Virus record (IMG/VR): IMGVR_UViG_3300048670_000299
Location: 1-27,467 of that record
Length of the DNA: 27,467 bases
From: a virus
Taxonomy: Duplodnaviria; Caudoviricetes
Direction: 5' to 3' (one strand)
Below are positions 5,772 to 14,429 of this stretch, one piece after another. The position numbers and the translations under genes are program-made. Position 1 is the stretch's first letter. Every line of letters starts with the position of its first letter. The notes below the pieces were generated by a model. The model was not told where the DNA came from, ran no database searches, and saw only the letters and a list, made by a program, of their open reading frames with translations.

Positions 5772-6966
5772 GCCTCAAATTTGACCATATTTCATCAATA
5801 GAATTAACAAGAAATTCTATATCATAATCACTATGTAAAGGTGTAGGTGTAAATCTGAGTCTTTCTGTACCTTTTGGTACAGTAGGATAGTTAATGGGTT
5901 GTGAGTATATGTTATAATCATTTAATAAAATATCAGATATTTGTTTACATCTAATAGGATCTTTTATTAATAAAGGAACTATATGACTATTATTTTTAAT
6001 AATTGGCAAATTCTTATTAATCATTAATTTTTTTAGTTTATTAACTTTTTCAAATAGTGATGTTCTTAATTGATTATTATTTTTTACATATTTTATACTA
6101 GAAGTTGCTGCTGATGCTAAACTAGGTGGTATGGAAGTAGTAAAAATAAAACCTGGTGCGTATGATCGTACAACATCTATAATATTATAATTAGAAGTAA
6201 TATATCCTCCCATTAAACCAAAAGCTTTAGCAAAAGTACCCTCTATAATATCAATCTTATTATCAAGACCTAGTTGTTGCGCTAAACCTCCACCTTTAGC
6301 ACCATATAATCCAACTCCATGAACCTCATCCAAATACGTTAATGCGTTATATTTTTTTGAAACTTCTATTATTTTTTCTATAGGTGCAAAGTCGCCATCC
6401 ATTGAATAAACAGATTCAAATGCTACAATTTTTGGATGATCATAATTACATGTTTTTAATAATTCTTCTAAATGATTAACATCATTATGTTTCCATATTA
6501 ATTTATTTTTTGTTCCTTTTTTAATACCCTCAATCATAGAAGCATGATTATTTTCATCAGATAAAACTACACAATTTGGTAAAACTTTTAATAAAGTACT
6601 TAAAGAATATTCATTAGCAATATAACCTGATGTGAAAATTAAAGAGGATTCTTTGTTATGAAATTGAGATATTTCTTTTTCTAGTTCAACATGATAATTA
6701 GAAGTGCCTGATATATTTCTTGTTCCACCAGAGCCGACACCTACCAAATTAACAGTTTTAATAAATTCTTCTACAACCTTAGAATTTTGTCCCATTCCTA
6801 GGTAGTCATTACTACACCAAACAACTACATTCGATTTAACACCATTTTTATCGTAAATAGCATTAGGAAATTGATTATTTTTTCTTGTAATATTATTAAA
6901 TACTCTATAACGTCCTTCTTGTTTTAGATTTTTTAATAAATTATCAAAAATATCATCATATAGCAT
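5761..6966 (-). CDS. hemA: 5-aminolevulinate synthase (PLP-dependent, Shemin/C4 pathway)
   Basis: WCSNDYLGM, GSGGTRNISG, NHASMIEGI, FESVYSMDGD, DEVHGVGLYG, GTFAKAFG (Schiff-base Lys), FIFTTS, INYPTVPKGTERLR. Confidence 0.95.
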   Translation of the reverse strand: MLYDDIFDNLLKNLKQEGRYRVFNNITRKNNQFPNAIYDKNGVKSNVVVWCSNDYLGMGQNSKVVEEFIKTVNLVGVGSGGTRNISGTSNYHVELEKEISQFHNKESSLIFTSGYIANEYSLSTLLKVLPNCVVLSDENNHASMIEGIKKGTKNKLIWKHNDVNHLEELLKTCNYDHPKIVAFESVYSMDGDFAPIEKIIEVSKKYNALTYLDEVHGVGLYGAKGGGLAQQLGLDNKIDIIEGTFAKAFGLMGGYITSNYNIIDVVRSYAPGFIFTTSIPPSLASAATSSIKYVKNNNQLRTSLFEKVNKLKKLMINKNLPIIKNNSHIVPLLIKDPIRCKQISDILLNDYNIYSQPINYPTVPKGTERLRFTPTPLHSDYDIEFLVNSIDEIWSNLRLDR

Positions 6967-6972
6967 AATAGT

Positions 6973-7416
6973 TTATTTTATAATTTTTATTCTATCACTC
7001 AATCTTTGCGCTCTTTTACCAACTTGTTTGGCCCATGCACTGTTTAACATTTCTTTTGATGCTTCTTCCCATTTACTTTCGTTTATATATGCAATAAACT
7101 TCTTAAAATTAGATAGTCTTGGTCTGCCCATATTAAAAGTCATATTAACTATAACTTGTTGTGCTTCTTCTGGTAGACTATCAAAGTTTGGAAATAGTAT
7201 CTTTGCTTCTTTGATCATCTTCTGTACATCTTTTTCAAATACTTTGTTTACTCTATCTTCACTAACTTTTGTTCCAACGGATTGACCAAATTCTACATCT
7301 TCTTTAACTACTAAATGGCCAATACCAAAAGTATCGTAACCTAAATGGTCTTTATAAATTTCATACTTAACGCCTTCATCAATCTTTAATTGTTCTCTTA
7401 ATTGTGCTATGTTCAT
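6973..7416 (-). CDS. T4-type lysozyme (GH24)
   Basis: DEG...YKDHLGYDTFGIGH catalytic E/D/T pattern; NMTFNMG; SAWAKQVGKRA. Confidence 0.9.
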   Translation of the reverse strand: MNIAQLREQLKIDEGVKYEIYKDHLGYDTFGIGHLVVKEDVEFGQSVGTKVSEDRVNKVFEKDVQKMIKEAKILFPNFDSLPEEAQQVIVNMTFNMGRPRLSNFKKFIAYINESKWEEASKEMLNSAWAKQVGKRAQRLSDRIKIIK

Positions 7417-7419
7417 TTA

Positions 7420-7815
7420 TTATACTCTTGTTAATTTTAATATTTTTTCTATTTGTGCTTTAATAATTGGACCTCTATTAGGCCAATGTATATATGGTTC
7501 ATTACTCTTACTTAAATTGTATAAGAAAGGTAATATAATCTTTTCTATATCTTTAAATCTTTGAATTGTAGCATCATCTGTAACTTCTTTAGATAATGAG
7601 TTTTTTTCATTAACTATTTCCATTATTTCATTCATCATTGATTTAATAGTAGATACATCAGATTTAATATGTGAAATTTCTATATTATTATTTTCTATTA
7701 AACTAGGATCAATAGTTGGTTGCTGTGTTTCTGGTTTAGAAGATATTGGTGTTATTCCGAAATCTTCGTTTAAATCAAAGCCACGCATGTAATCTGGTAT
7801 ATTATCGTTTGCCAT
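7420..7815 (-). CDS. Hypothetical protein
   Basis: 131 aa with coiled coil and ILPFLYNL...YIHWPNR tail. Confidence 0.75.
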   Translation of the reverse strand: MANDNIPDYMRGFDLNEDFGITPISSKPETQQPTIDPSLIENNNIEISHIKSDVSTIKSMMNEIMEIVNEKNSLSKEVTDDATIQRFKDIEKIILPFLYNLSKSNEPYIHWPNRGPIIKAQIEKILKLTRV

Positions 7816-8128
7816 TTTTTTTTAAATCCTTTTGTCTTTTTTTATGTTTTTCTAATACTTGTTGTGTTCTTATTTCTTTGATGCCTTTTTTCTTATATCT
7901 TTGTCCTAATGGTGAAGAAGGATGAGCTTCAGCAATACGTTGTAAATTGTCTTGCCAACCGCTATCTGTTTTATGTGTTAAACCAGATACACCACCTACT
8001 ATATTTAGTGCTGTAAATATTTGTCTTATATTCTTATTCTTTGCTAGGTATGGATCTAATTCCGCCATTGTTAAATGTTCTGTGTATTCTTTACCTGTCT
8101 TAATGTTTTCAAAACTATATATTGGCAT
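7802..8128 (-). CDS. FmdB-like putative regulatory protein lacking the Zn-ribbon cysteines
   Basis: MPIYSF...TG N-terminus; GWQDNLQRIAEAHP. Confidence 0.6.
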   Translation of the reverse strand: MPIYSFENIKTGKEYTEHLTMAELDPYLAKNKNIRQIFTALNIVGGVSGLTHKTDSGWQDNLQRIAEAHPSSPLGQRYKKKGIKEIRTQQVLEKHKKRQKDLKKNGKR

Positions 8129-8133
8129 AATAT

Positions 8134-8141
8134 TATTTATA
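8134..8141 (-). promoter_or_regulatory. T4-type late promoter
   Basis: TATAAATA-ATATT-ATG, same context as 3725-3732. Confidence 0.75.
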
Positions 8142-8146
8142 ATGTA

Positions 8147-10576
8147 TTAAAATTTTCTTTCTATTGAAGCGCCAAAACCTAAACCATTTTTATTATCTTG
8201 ACCTGCAATGTTTGTTCTATATTCTGCATTAACTTTAAACTGCCAGTCCGTATCTTGTTCTTTATCCATTACATAATACATACCTATGTTTTTTTCTGGT
8301 GTTTGTGCTTTTAAACTTGTTTTAACATCTTGATATAAAATATCACCAGAATACGTTGTAGCGTAAGGTATAGATAATGTTGTAGTACCTTTAGTAATAT
8401 AACTTGGTAAACTATATGTAAAACCTACTTTATTAATACTATCTATGCTTCTTTCATAACCTAGTTTATAACTTTGAGATTGTATTGTACTTATATTCTT
8501 AATTAAACTGTCATTATAGGTATTTACTTTAGTAAATCCTCTACCTATATCAAAACTAAATTTATTATCTGTTTCAATATAATCTAAACCTAATTGTGTA
8601 AAATTTGTTCTATTGTATTTACCAACTGATAATGCTCCTGTGCTTTCATTGGCTAACCAAGTTTGTTCTTCTGTGAGTGTACCTAAAGTTGTTCTTATAT
8701 TAAATGAATCGCTTAATTTTAAACCTTGTTGTAAGTAAGTACTATAATCTTTATTATTTGTTGTACTATTTAAATTTGAATTAAAACCAATTTTTGTATC
8801 TGGTAATATATTAGTCTCTGCTTTTTGTTCAAAAGTACCAAAGGCCTGATTGAAAGGTAAATACGTAGTATTATCTTGTTGTACTGATACATCTGATATT
8901 TTTCTTTTATCTTTAATAACCACACCATTCTGTAAATTAATATAATAGTCTCTGGAAAATTCATCCACTACCATTACACTACTTAATACTTGTGTTGTAG
9001 CAATAGAACTTACTGCTGAACCAGAACCACCTGTGTTTGATATGGTTGTTGTCTTTGCTGTAGATGTTGTCTTACCACTTGTAGGTATACCAACTGCACC
9101 ATAAGGTTGAGTTGCTTTATCTAAATCTAACATACCTTGACCTTGTTTATTAACATCATAATTTGGAATATTCTTATTGGCAGTTTTTAAAACTAACTGT
9201 ACTAAATTTTCACCTTTCATATATGGCCACATCTGACTTATAACTGATACGCCTCCTGTTACTAAAGGAGCAGACATTGAAGTACCACTCATAATAGTCG
9301 AACCATCAGTTAAATTTAAACCTGTAACCGTACCTGGAGCTACTAGATAAAAATCTGACACTTTATATTTGTCATTACAAGTATTTGTTGTACTATTAAA
9401 CTGTTGACATATATGACCTGATTTATTACTCCAAGAATACATATAACCTCTGTCGTCCACTGAACCGACAATTAACATTTTACCACCTAATATTAAATTA
9501 CCAGAACTATCAACGGCAGTAGCAAAATAACCAGGATTTGCCGATACAGCTAAACCTTGGTTACCTGCTGAGTTAACAACAACCATTCCTTTATCTGTAA
9601 CAGACTTCCATAAATTAGGATCTTGTTCATTATAAAATATGTTTTTACTATAGTCATATCTTGTATCTGTACTTCTATAAATTCCATTTCCAACACTTAC
9701 TAATTTTTTGGTAAATGTAGTATCATAATTTGAATTGGCGCTAACATTACCTATTGTAGCCCCTTGATCAGCAGCCCACGATAAACCAGCAGCAGCATTT
9801 GTTAAATTAATTGATGAACCTGTTCCTACTTTAACTACAATAGCTTTAGAATCAAAAGCAACACCATGTATACCTGTATTATTTTTAAGACCTACTATTT
9901 CACCTAATACAAAAGTACCATGTCCATTTGTATCATTAATACCTGCACCTGTATAATCTTTAGTGGCAATAACTTGTCCTTGTAAATCTTTACTTAATAA
10001 TGAATAACCTGTATCAGCAACAGCAACAGTTACTCCTTTACCTGTCCAACCTCGTGAATAAGCTTTGTCTGCATTTATAGAAGCAAGACCACTAGCATTA
10101 AACTCATTTGTTTTGTAAAAATCAGGATTAGAATTGTAACCTACCGTTTTTGTACCTAAATTGGCATCAGTATCAGTATAAGCAATATTGGTAGGTGCTT
10201 TAACTATACTTACATTTACAATCACACCTTTGTCTGTTTTGGTTGTTGCAAAAGGTTCAGTAGTAATAGAAGCAATAACTACATTAGAGTAAGTTGTTCC
10301 GTCTGCTCTTTTATATGTAACTAAATTTGATATCTTTGTATATTTTGGTGTTGTTGTTGTTATTGTGGTAAATCTTGTAGTAGTATTAGTAGTATCACCA
10401 TTGGAAGATTTAACAGAAGTTACTACATCTTTTGTAGTTGTAGCCTTAGTGATTAATGATGTATTTGTTTCTAAAGTAACAGACACCATTCGGGGGCCTG
10501 TTGTTATAATAGTATCAGCTAATACCGATAAGGTAGAAGATATTAAAAAGAGTATTATTGCAAAAATTTTCATCAT
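8147..10576 (-). CDS. Secreted S8 (subtilisin-like) serine protease with probable C-terminal beta-barrel
   Basis: Signal peptide; VAVADTG (Asp), NGHGTFV (His), NSAGN (oxyanion Asn), SGTSMSAP (Ser); amphipathic beta-strand tail ending ERKF. Confidence 0.9.
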   Translation of the reverse strand: MMKIFAIILFLISSTLSVLADTIITTGPRMVSVTLETNTSLITKATTTKDVVTSVKSSNGDTTNTTTRFTTITTTTPKYTKISNLVTYKRADGTTYSNVVIASITTEPFATTKTDKGVIVNVSIVKAPTNIAYTDTDANLGTKTVGYNSNPDFYKTNEFNASGLASINADKAYSRGWTGKGVTVAVADTGYSLLSKDLQGQVIATKDYTGAGINDTNGHGTFVLGEIVGLKNNTGIHGVAFDSKAIVVKVGTGSSINLTNAAAGLSWAADQGATIGNVSANSNYDTTFTKKLVSVGNGIYRSTDTRYDYSKNIFYNEQDPNLWKSVTDKGMVVVNSAGNQGLAVSANPGYFATAVDSSGNLILGGKMLIVGSVDDRGYMYSWSNKSGHICQQFNSTTNTCNDKYKVSDFYLVAPGTVTGLNLTDGSTIMSGTSMSAPLVTGGVSVISQMWPYMKGENLVQLVLKTANKNIPNYDVNKQGQGMLDLDKATQPYGAVGIPTSGKTTSTAKTTTISNTGGSGSAVSSIATTQVLSSVMVVDEFSRDYYINLQNGVVIKDKRKISDVSVQQDNTTYLPFNQAFGTFEQKAETNILPDTKIGFNSNLNSTTNNKDYSTYLQQGLKLSDSFNIRTTLGTLTEEQTWLANESTGALSVGKYNRTNFTQLGLDYIETDNKFSFDIGRGFTKVNTYNDSLIKNISTIQSQSYKLGYERSIDSINKVGFTYSLPSYITKGTTTLSIPYATTYSGDILYQDVKTSLKAQTPEKNIGMYYVMDKEQDTDWQFKVNAEYRTNIAGQDNKNGLGFGASIERKF

Positions 10577-10585
10577 ATACCTACC

Positions 10586-10665
10586 AATATATCAATATAT
10601 TGCATGTAAGTCAACTGTTAAATATTGATTAAATAAAGAAAGAATGTTGTAAAATCAATGACTTA
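10586..10665 (-). promoter_or_regulatory. Promoter with upstream IHF-consensus site
   Basis: TTGACT-17 nt-TATATT (10614-10586); AATCAAtgacTTA at 10653-10665 on the + strand. Confidence 0.65.
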
Positions 10666-10836
10666 TTCGTATTTAAAATCTGGAGTATTACAATATGTCT
10701 TTAAATACCATCTTTTAAACTGTGGATCTATTTCCAAGTGTTCATATACTTGTCTGGCACTTAATTGATCTGACCTAATACAATCGGCCAATAACTTATA
10801 TTGTTCTTTTTTGTTCTTTTTTATTTTTTTTGTCAT
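10663..10836 (-). CDS. Hypothetical protein (57 aa, MTKKIKKNKKEQYKLLADCIRSDQ...)
   Basis: Hand translation; fills a gap in the operon. Confidence 0.7.
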   Translation of the reverse strand: MTKKIKKNKKEQYKLLADCIRSDQLSARQVYEHLEIDPQFKRWYLKTYCNTPDFKYE

Positions 10837-10966
10837 TGTGTTTCAATTTCAATATTAGATTTGGATTATTATCTCTTACTATTGTTAAGATGTGTCCTTT
10901 TTTCATATTTTTAACAGCAGTTGCTAAATAATCATCTATTTCTATTACTTTTACTTTTTGTTTCAT
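10796..10966 (-). CDS. Hypothetical protein (56 aa, MKQKVKVIEIDDY...)
   Basis: Hand translation; ATGA overlap with the upstream gene. Confidence 0.55.
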   Translation of the reverse strand: MKQKVKVIEIDDYLATAVKNMKKGHILTIVRDNNPNLILKLKHNDKKNKKEQKRTI

Positions 10967-11100
10967 TGTTTTTTATCTTCTAATTGTTTTTTTAAATCTT
11001 CTATTTCATCTAACAAGTATTCAAGTTCCTTAGATAATTGTTTAGATATATTTTTCCATTTTTCTATTTCTATTTCTTTTCTTATTTTTGGTTCTATCAT
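10963..11100 (-). CDS. Small coiled-coil protein (45 aa, MIEPKIRKEIEIEKW...)
   Basis: Hand translation; ATGA overlaps at both ends. Confidence 0.65.
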   Translation of the reverse strand: MIEPKIRKEIEIEKWKNISKQLSKELEYLLDEIEDLKKQLEDKKQ

Positions 11101-11300
11101 TCTATTCCCCATTTTATATGTTGCCACAATCTATCATAACTATAATATGTAAAGGTTAAAACAAAATTAAAACCTATTGTTGTCCATATTGCATTTGTTA
11201 ACTCTTGTCCTGTTAATATTAACATTACAAAAGTACACGCAAATATCCAAATTCTATATATCAATGCTTTTACGATACTTCTTTTTTTTGTTATTATCAT
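11097..11300 (-). CDS. DUF2061-like membrane protein
   Basis: KRSIVKALIYRI ... YYSYDRLWQHIKWG. Confidence 0.75.
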   Translation of the reverse strand: MIITKKRSIVKALIYRIWIFACTFVMLILTGQELTNAIWTTIGFNFVLTFTYYSYDRLWQHIKWGIE

Positions 11301-11560
11301 TAATTTATTGTAGGTTTTTCATCTGGTGTTAGTTCGTCATAAGGTCTTATCTTATCTATAGAATCAGGTATTGAGTTCATCATTCTAACAAAGTCAGAAT
11401 CATTTAAAGAAGATTTATATAGTCTTAATGCTTGTGCCAATAATGTAGCTGCAACTATTTGTGTTTGTTTCTTTTCAACCAATAGTAGTTTTACTACTTC
11501 ATTAAATATACTAATATAAACTTCTTTTAATTCTTTATCGTCTTTAGATTCCATTTTCAA
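11300..11560 (-). CDS. Hypothetical protein
   Basis: 86-aa ORF coupled to neighbours. Confidence 0.7.
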   Translation of the reverse strand: MKMESKDDKELKEVYISIFNEVVKLLLVEKKQTQIVAATLLAQALRLYKSSLNDSDFVRMMNSIPDSIDKIRPYDELTPDEKPTIN

Positions 11561-12113
11561 TTCCTTTTTTATACCAATCTGGCATTACTGCTGGATATTT
11601 CCATGTAGCAAAATCTTTTTTTTTCATTATATAATATTTTCTATAACTGGCCACTGCATCGCCTGGTATTTTACACTCATCTGGCATTGCAGGTGTAGGA
11701 TCTTTTGCGTCTCTTACAGGTAATCTTTTAGGTGCGTCTCTTAATATATCACCTAGTTTTTTTATTGTCATGTGATCTTCTGATTTATTATATCTTAATT
11801 TAAATTGTGAATGTAATGCCATCATGTGTCTATATAACCATACATAGTTATGTAAATTGTACATTACCCATTGTGTACTTGGATGTTTAATATGACTGGC
11901 TTTATATAAAATTTTATCTAGGTTTATATCTGGATGTTGCCATCTTTTTATATTACGACCATTTGCCGTTTTGTCTATAAATTCTTTACCATCTAATACT
12001 CTATGTGCTGTTGATAACATTTGTGCTGATTCTACAATCATTTTACATACATGTTTATCACAAGACATTTCTGCCGCTATGATAGGATCTTTATGTAAAT
12101 AAAATATGTTCAT
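11544..12113 (-). CDS. Pyrimidine-dimer DNA glycosylase/endonuclease V-like family protein
   Basis: MNIFYL...CDKHVCKMIVESAQMLSTAH, HIKHPSTQW, PAMPD, SYRKYY. Confidence 0.7.
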   Translation of the reverse strand: MNIFYLHKDPIIAAEMSCDKHVCKMIVESAQMLSTAHRVLDGKEFIDKTANGRNIKRWQHPDINLDKILYKASHIKHPSTQWVMYNLHNYVWLYRHMMALHSQFKLRYNKSEDHMTIKKLGDILRDAPKRLPVRDAKDPTPAMPDECKIPGDAVASYRKYYIMKKKDFATWKYPAVMPDWYKKGIENGI

Positions 12114-12229
12114 TTGATTTTATAATGTATTCTTCCATGACCTTTGACTTTACCCCATCTTTTTTGCCAAGCCCAATTTTGAAGTTTTAAACCTATAGTT
12201 TCAATTATACTCAATATATAATCAATCAT
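12110..12229 (-). CDS. Hypothetical protein (39 aa, MIDYILSIIETIG...WAWQKRWG)
   Basis: Hand translation; coupled start/stop overlaps. Confidence 0.6.
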   Translation of the reverse strand: MIDYILSIIETIGLKLQNWAWQKRWGKVKGHGRIHYKIK

Positions 12230-12381
12230 TAATGTATACCTTTTTTATATTTTTGACATAATTTTTTCCATACACCAAACCAAAATTTTTGTGCCCATTT
12301 AGATTCTGATTTTTCACAGGCTCTATATGCGTTATCTATAAGTTTTTGTTGTAGTTTATTTGTAAGATTTAATTTGGCCAT
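12229..12381 (-). CDS. Hypothetical protein (50 aa, MAKLNLTNKLQQKLIDNA...)
   Basis: Hand translation; first gene after a promoter. Confidence 0.7.
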   Translation of the reverse strand: MAKLNLTNKLQQKLIDNAYRACEKSESKWAQKFWFGVWKKLCQKYKKGIH

Positions 12382-12392
12382 AATATACTATC

Positions 12393-12421
12393 ATAATAAC
12401 ACGTAATTCAAATTTTGTCAA
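12393..12421 (-). promoter_or_regulatory. Sigma70 promoter
   Basis: TTGACA-17 nt-TATTAT with TG extension. Confidence 0.7.
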
Positions 12422-12424
12422 GTA

Positions 12425-13435
12425 CTATTTTTTACTATTCTCGTTCCAGTCGTATATTTGATCTAGTTTAACTTTAATCTCGTCTGCACTTAAACCATCT
12501 AATTCTTTAGCACCTATCTTTTGTACTAATGCTTTGTAATCTCTTTCACGTTCTTTTTTTGATTCTTTTTTATCTATTTTTTCAATAAAATCTTTTATTG
12601 CATGTGATCTTATTTTACTTTCTAAATCTTTTTCTTTTGTGGTTTCTTTTATAGGTTCTTTTATTATAATAGGTTTTTTAACAATACCATTAATAAGTTC
12701 TTTTTCTCTAATAGATACGTTAAATGCTATTAACATTAATACTGCCAATGGGTCAAATACTAATATTAAACATATAATAACCAGTCTAACCGCTCTATCT
12801 AGGTTACCATCCATACTATCACCATATATTAATTCTGCAACGTATTTAAATGGCCCTATATCTTTATCTATTGCTAATTGATCTTTATCTAGTTTAAGTT
12901 TTTGATTTGATAATTCTGTAATTTTTTTAGATGAGTTAGCTATAAGATTATTAGCTCTATTTCTTTCATTCTGTTGTTTCTGCCTTTCAGCAAGACCTTT
13001 ATCTGCATCTTTATCGATTACTTTATCTAATGCTTTATCTAATTGATCTATAATTTTTTGAGCGCCGTCTATTGATTTCTTTTCACTATCTATTTGTCTC
13101 TCAACGTTTTTAACTAGTAATCTATTACCAGTATTTGGTGTAGCCTGATCTAAATGTGCTTTTGATAAGAAACCAAATATTCCCACTGATGTTATAAACA
13201 TAAGCATTAATACTGCTGATGTCAAGTACATTCTTATTGAATTTGGTAATAGTTGTAAATTCCAATTTCTATACAACCATGATACGGTTACAAGTTTTGC
13301 TATCTCTAATGTAATACCCATTGTTACAACTGCCCAATAGGCACCTGCGAATAGTGCCGCTAATCCCATAATAGAATAGGCAGCACCTATAATAGATACA
13401 GCAATACCAGATAAAAATAATAGTATAGTTAACAT
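12425..13435 (-). CDS. Multi-pass membrane protein with long coiled coil
   Basis: Three N-terminal TM segments, GIFGFLSKAH, coiled coil, IGPFKYVAELIYG, LVFDPLAVLMLIA. Confidence 0.8.
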   Translation of the reverse strand: MLTILLFLSGIAVSIIGAAYSIMGLAALFAGAYWAVVTMGITLEIAKLVTVSWLYRNWNLQLLPNSIRMYLTSAVLMLMFITSVGIFGFLSKAHLDQATPNTGNRLLVKNVERQIDSEKKSIDGAQKIIDQLDKALDKVIDKDADKGLAERQKQQNERNRANNLIANSSKKITELSNQKLKLDKDQLAIDKDIGPFKYVAELIYGDSMDGNLDRAVRLVIICLILVFDPLAVLMLIAFNVSIREKELINGIVKKPIIIKEPIKETTKEKDLESKIRSHAIKDFIEKIDKKESKKERERDYKALVQKIGAKELDGLSADEIKVKLDQIYDWNENSKK

Positions 13436-13440
13436 ATTAA

Positions 13441-13719
13441 TTAGTGATTGAGTTTATCAATATCCTCTGGCGTTGGCAACTTTGGAGTTCTAATTTTTTT
13501 AACATCAATATCTCCTGCGCCAAGAGCTTTTAAAAATAATCTTGTTTCATTTTTTGCTCTCTGCATAAAAAAATCATGTGCCATTTTTGATACTGTTACT
13601 TCGTGTAAAAATTGTCTTATTTCATCTTTTGAAGATTTATCTAAACCCGATTTAAATCCTAAATGATAAGTTAGACCTACAACACCTGCTGTCATAACGA
13701 AAAATAATAGTTCGTTCAT
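13441..13719 (-). CDS. Hypothetical protein with N-terminal membrane anchor
   Basis: 92-aa ORF; TATAAATA at 13763-13770 upstream. Confidence 0.7.
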   Translation of the reverse strand: MNELLFFVMTAGVVGLTYHLGFKSGLDKSSKDEIRQFLHEVTVSKMAHDFFMQRAKNETRLFLKALGAGDIDVKKIRTPKLPTPEDIDKLNH

Positions 13720-14417
13720 CTTTTAATAACTACCTTTCCGTCTTGTCTTAGTTTCTTTATTATATTTATAACTTGTTGATCGTAGTCTTTTGTGGTACTC
13801 CAACTGTCAAGTCCACTTGCCAATGCTATACCATCAGGTTTTCCCCATAATCTATTTTGTTTGTCTCGTATTTTTCTAAATTCAGAATATGCAGCTTTTG
13901 TATTAAGGATTGTAATATAATCTCGAACGGAAGCACACTTACTATGATAAGATTTAACTCTCCAAGATAGAGTTTCATTATACCCAGCTGGTAACATGCC
14001 TTTGTCTCTGTTCCAAATTCGTATTCCAAACAAATTATTTCCTTCTTTAGCAAATCTACTTGTGCCTGCATTACTTTCAATTATGGCTTGTGCAATAATA
14101 AGTTCATCAGGTATCTGTTCGTTTTTATGTAATTCTAAATTTAGGTAGGCGATACACTTTTGCATTGTTTTAATAAAAATCTCATCACTATAAGTTTCTA
14201 TTTTTGGTTCTGCAAAACCTATTTCTTTAGCCCATTTAATAGTTTTATCTACGGCCTTTTCTTCTAAGTTATGTTGAGATATAAAGTTAGGATAAAACGT
14301 ACCTATACCAAAACCAATTAATGTAATACCAATAATGGCCATTATCTGTCTTGTATGATATTTGATTTTACGTGGCCATTTATATCTGACGTACCAATAC
14401 CAAGGTCTAGGTTTCAT
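13716..14417 (-). CDS. GH73 glucosaminidase (Bax-like) peptidoglycan hydrolase with TM anchor
   Basis: IIAQAIIESNAGTSRFAKEGNNLFGI; SVRDYITILNT..AY. Confidence 0.85.
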   Translation of the reverse strand: MKPRPWYWYVRYKWPRKIKYHTRQIMAIIGITLIGFGIGTFYPNFISQHNLEEKAVDKTIKWAKEIGFAEPKIETYSDEIFIKTMQKCIAYLNLELHKNEQIPDELIIAQAIIESNAGTSRFAKEGNNLFGIRIWNRDKGMLPAGYNETLSWRVKSYHSKCASVRDYITILNTKAAYSEFRKIRDKQNRLWGKPDGIALASGLDSWSTTKDYDQQVINIIKKLRQDGKVVIKR

Positions 14418-14429
14418 ATAATTATATAA

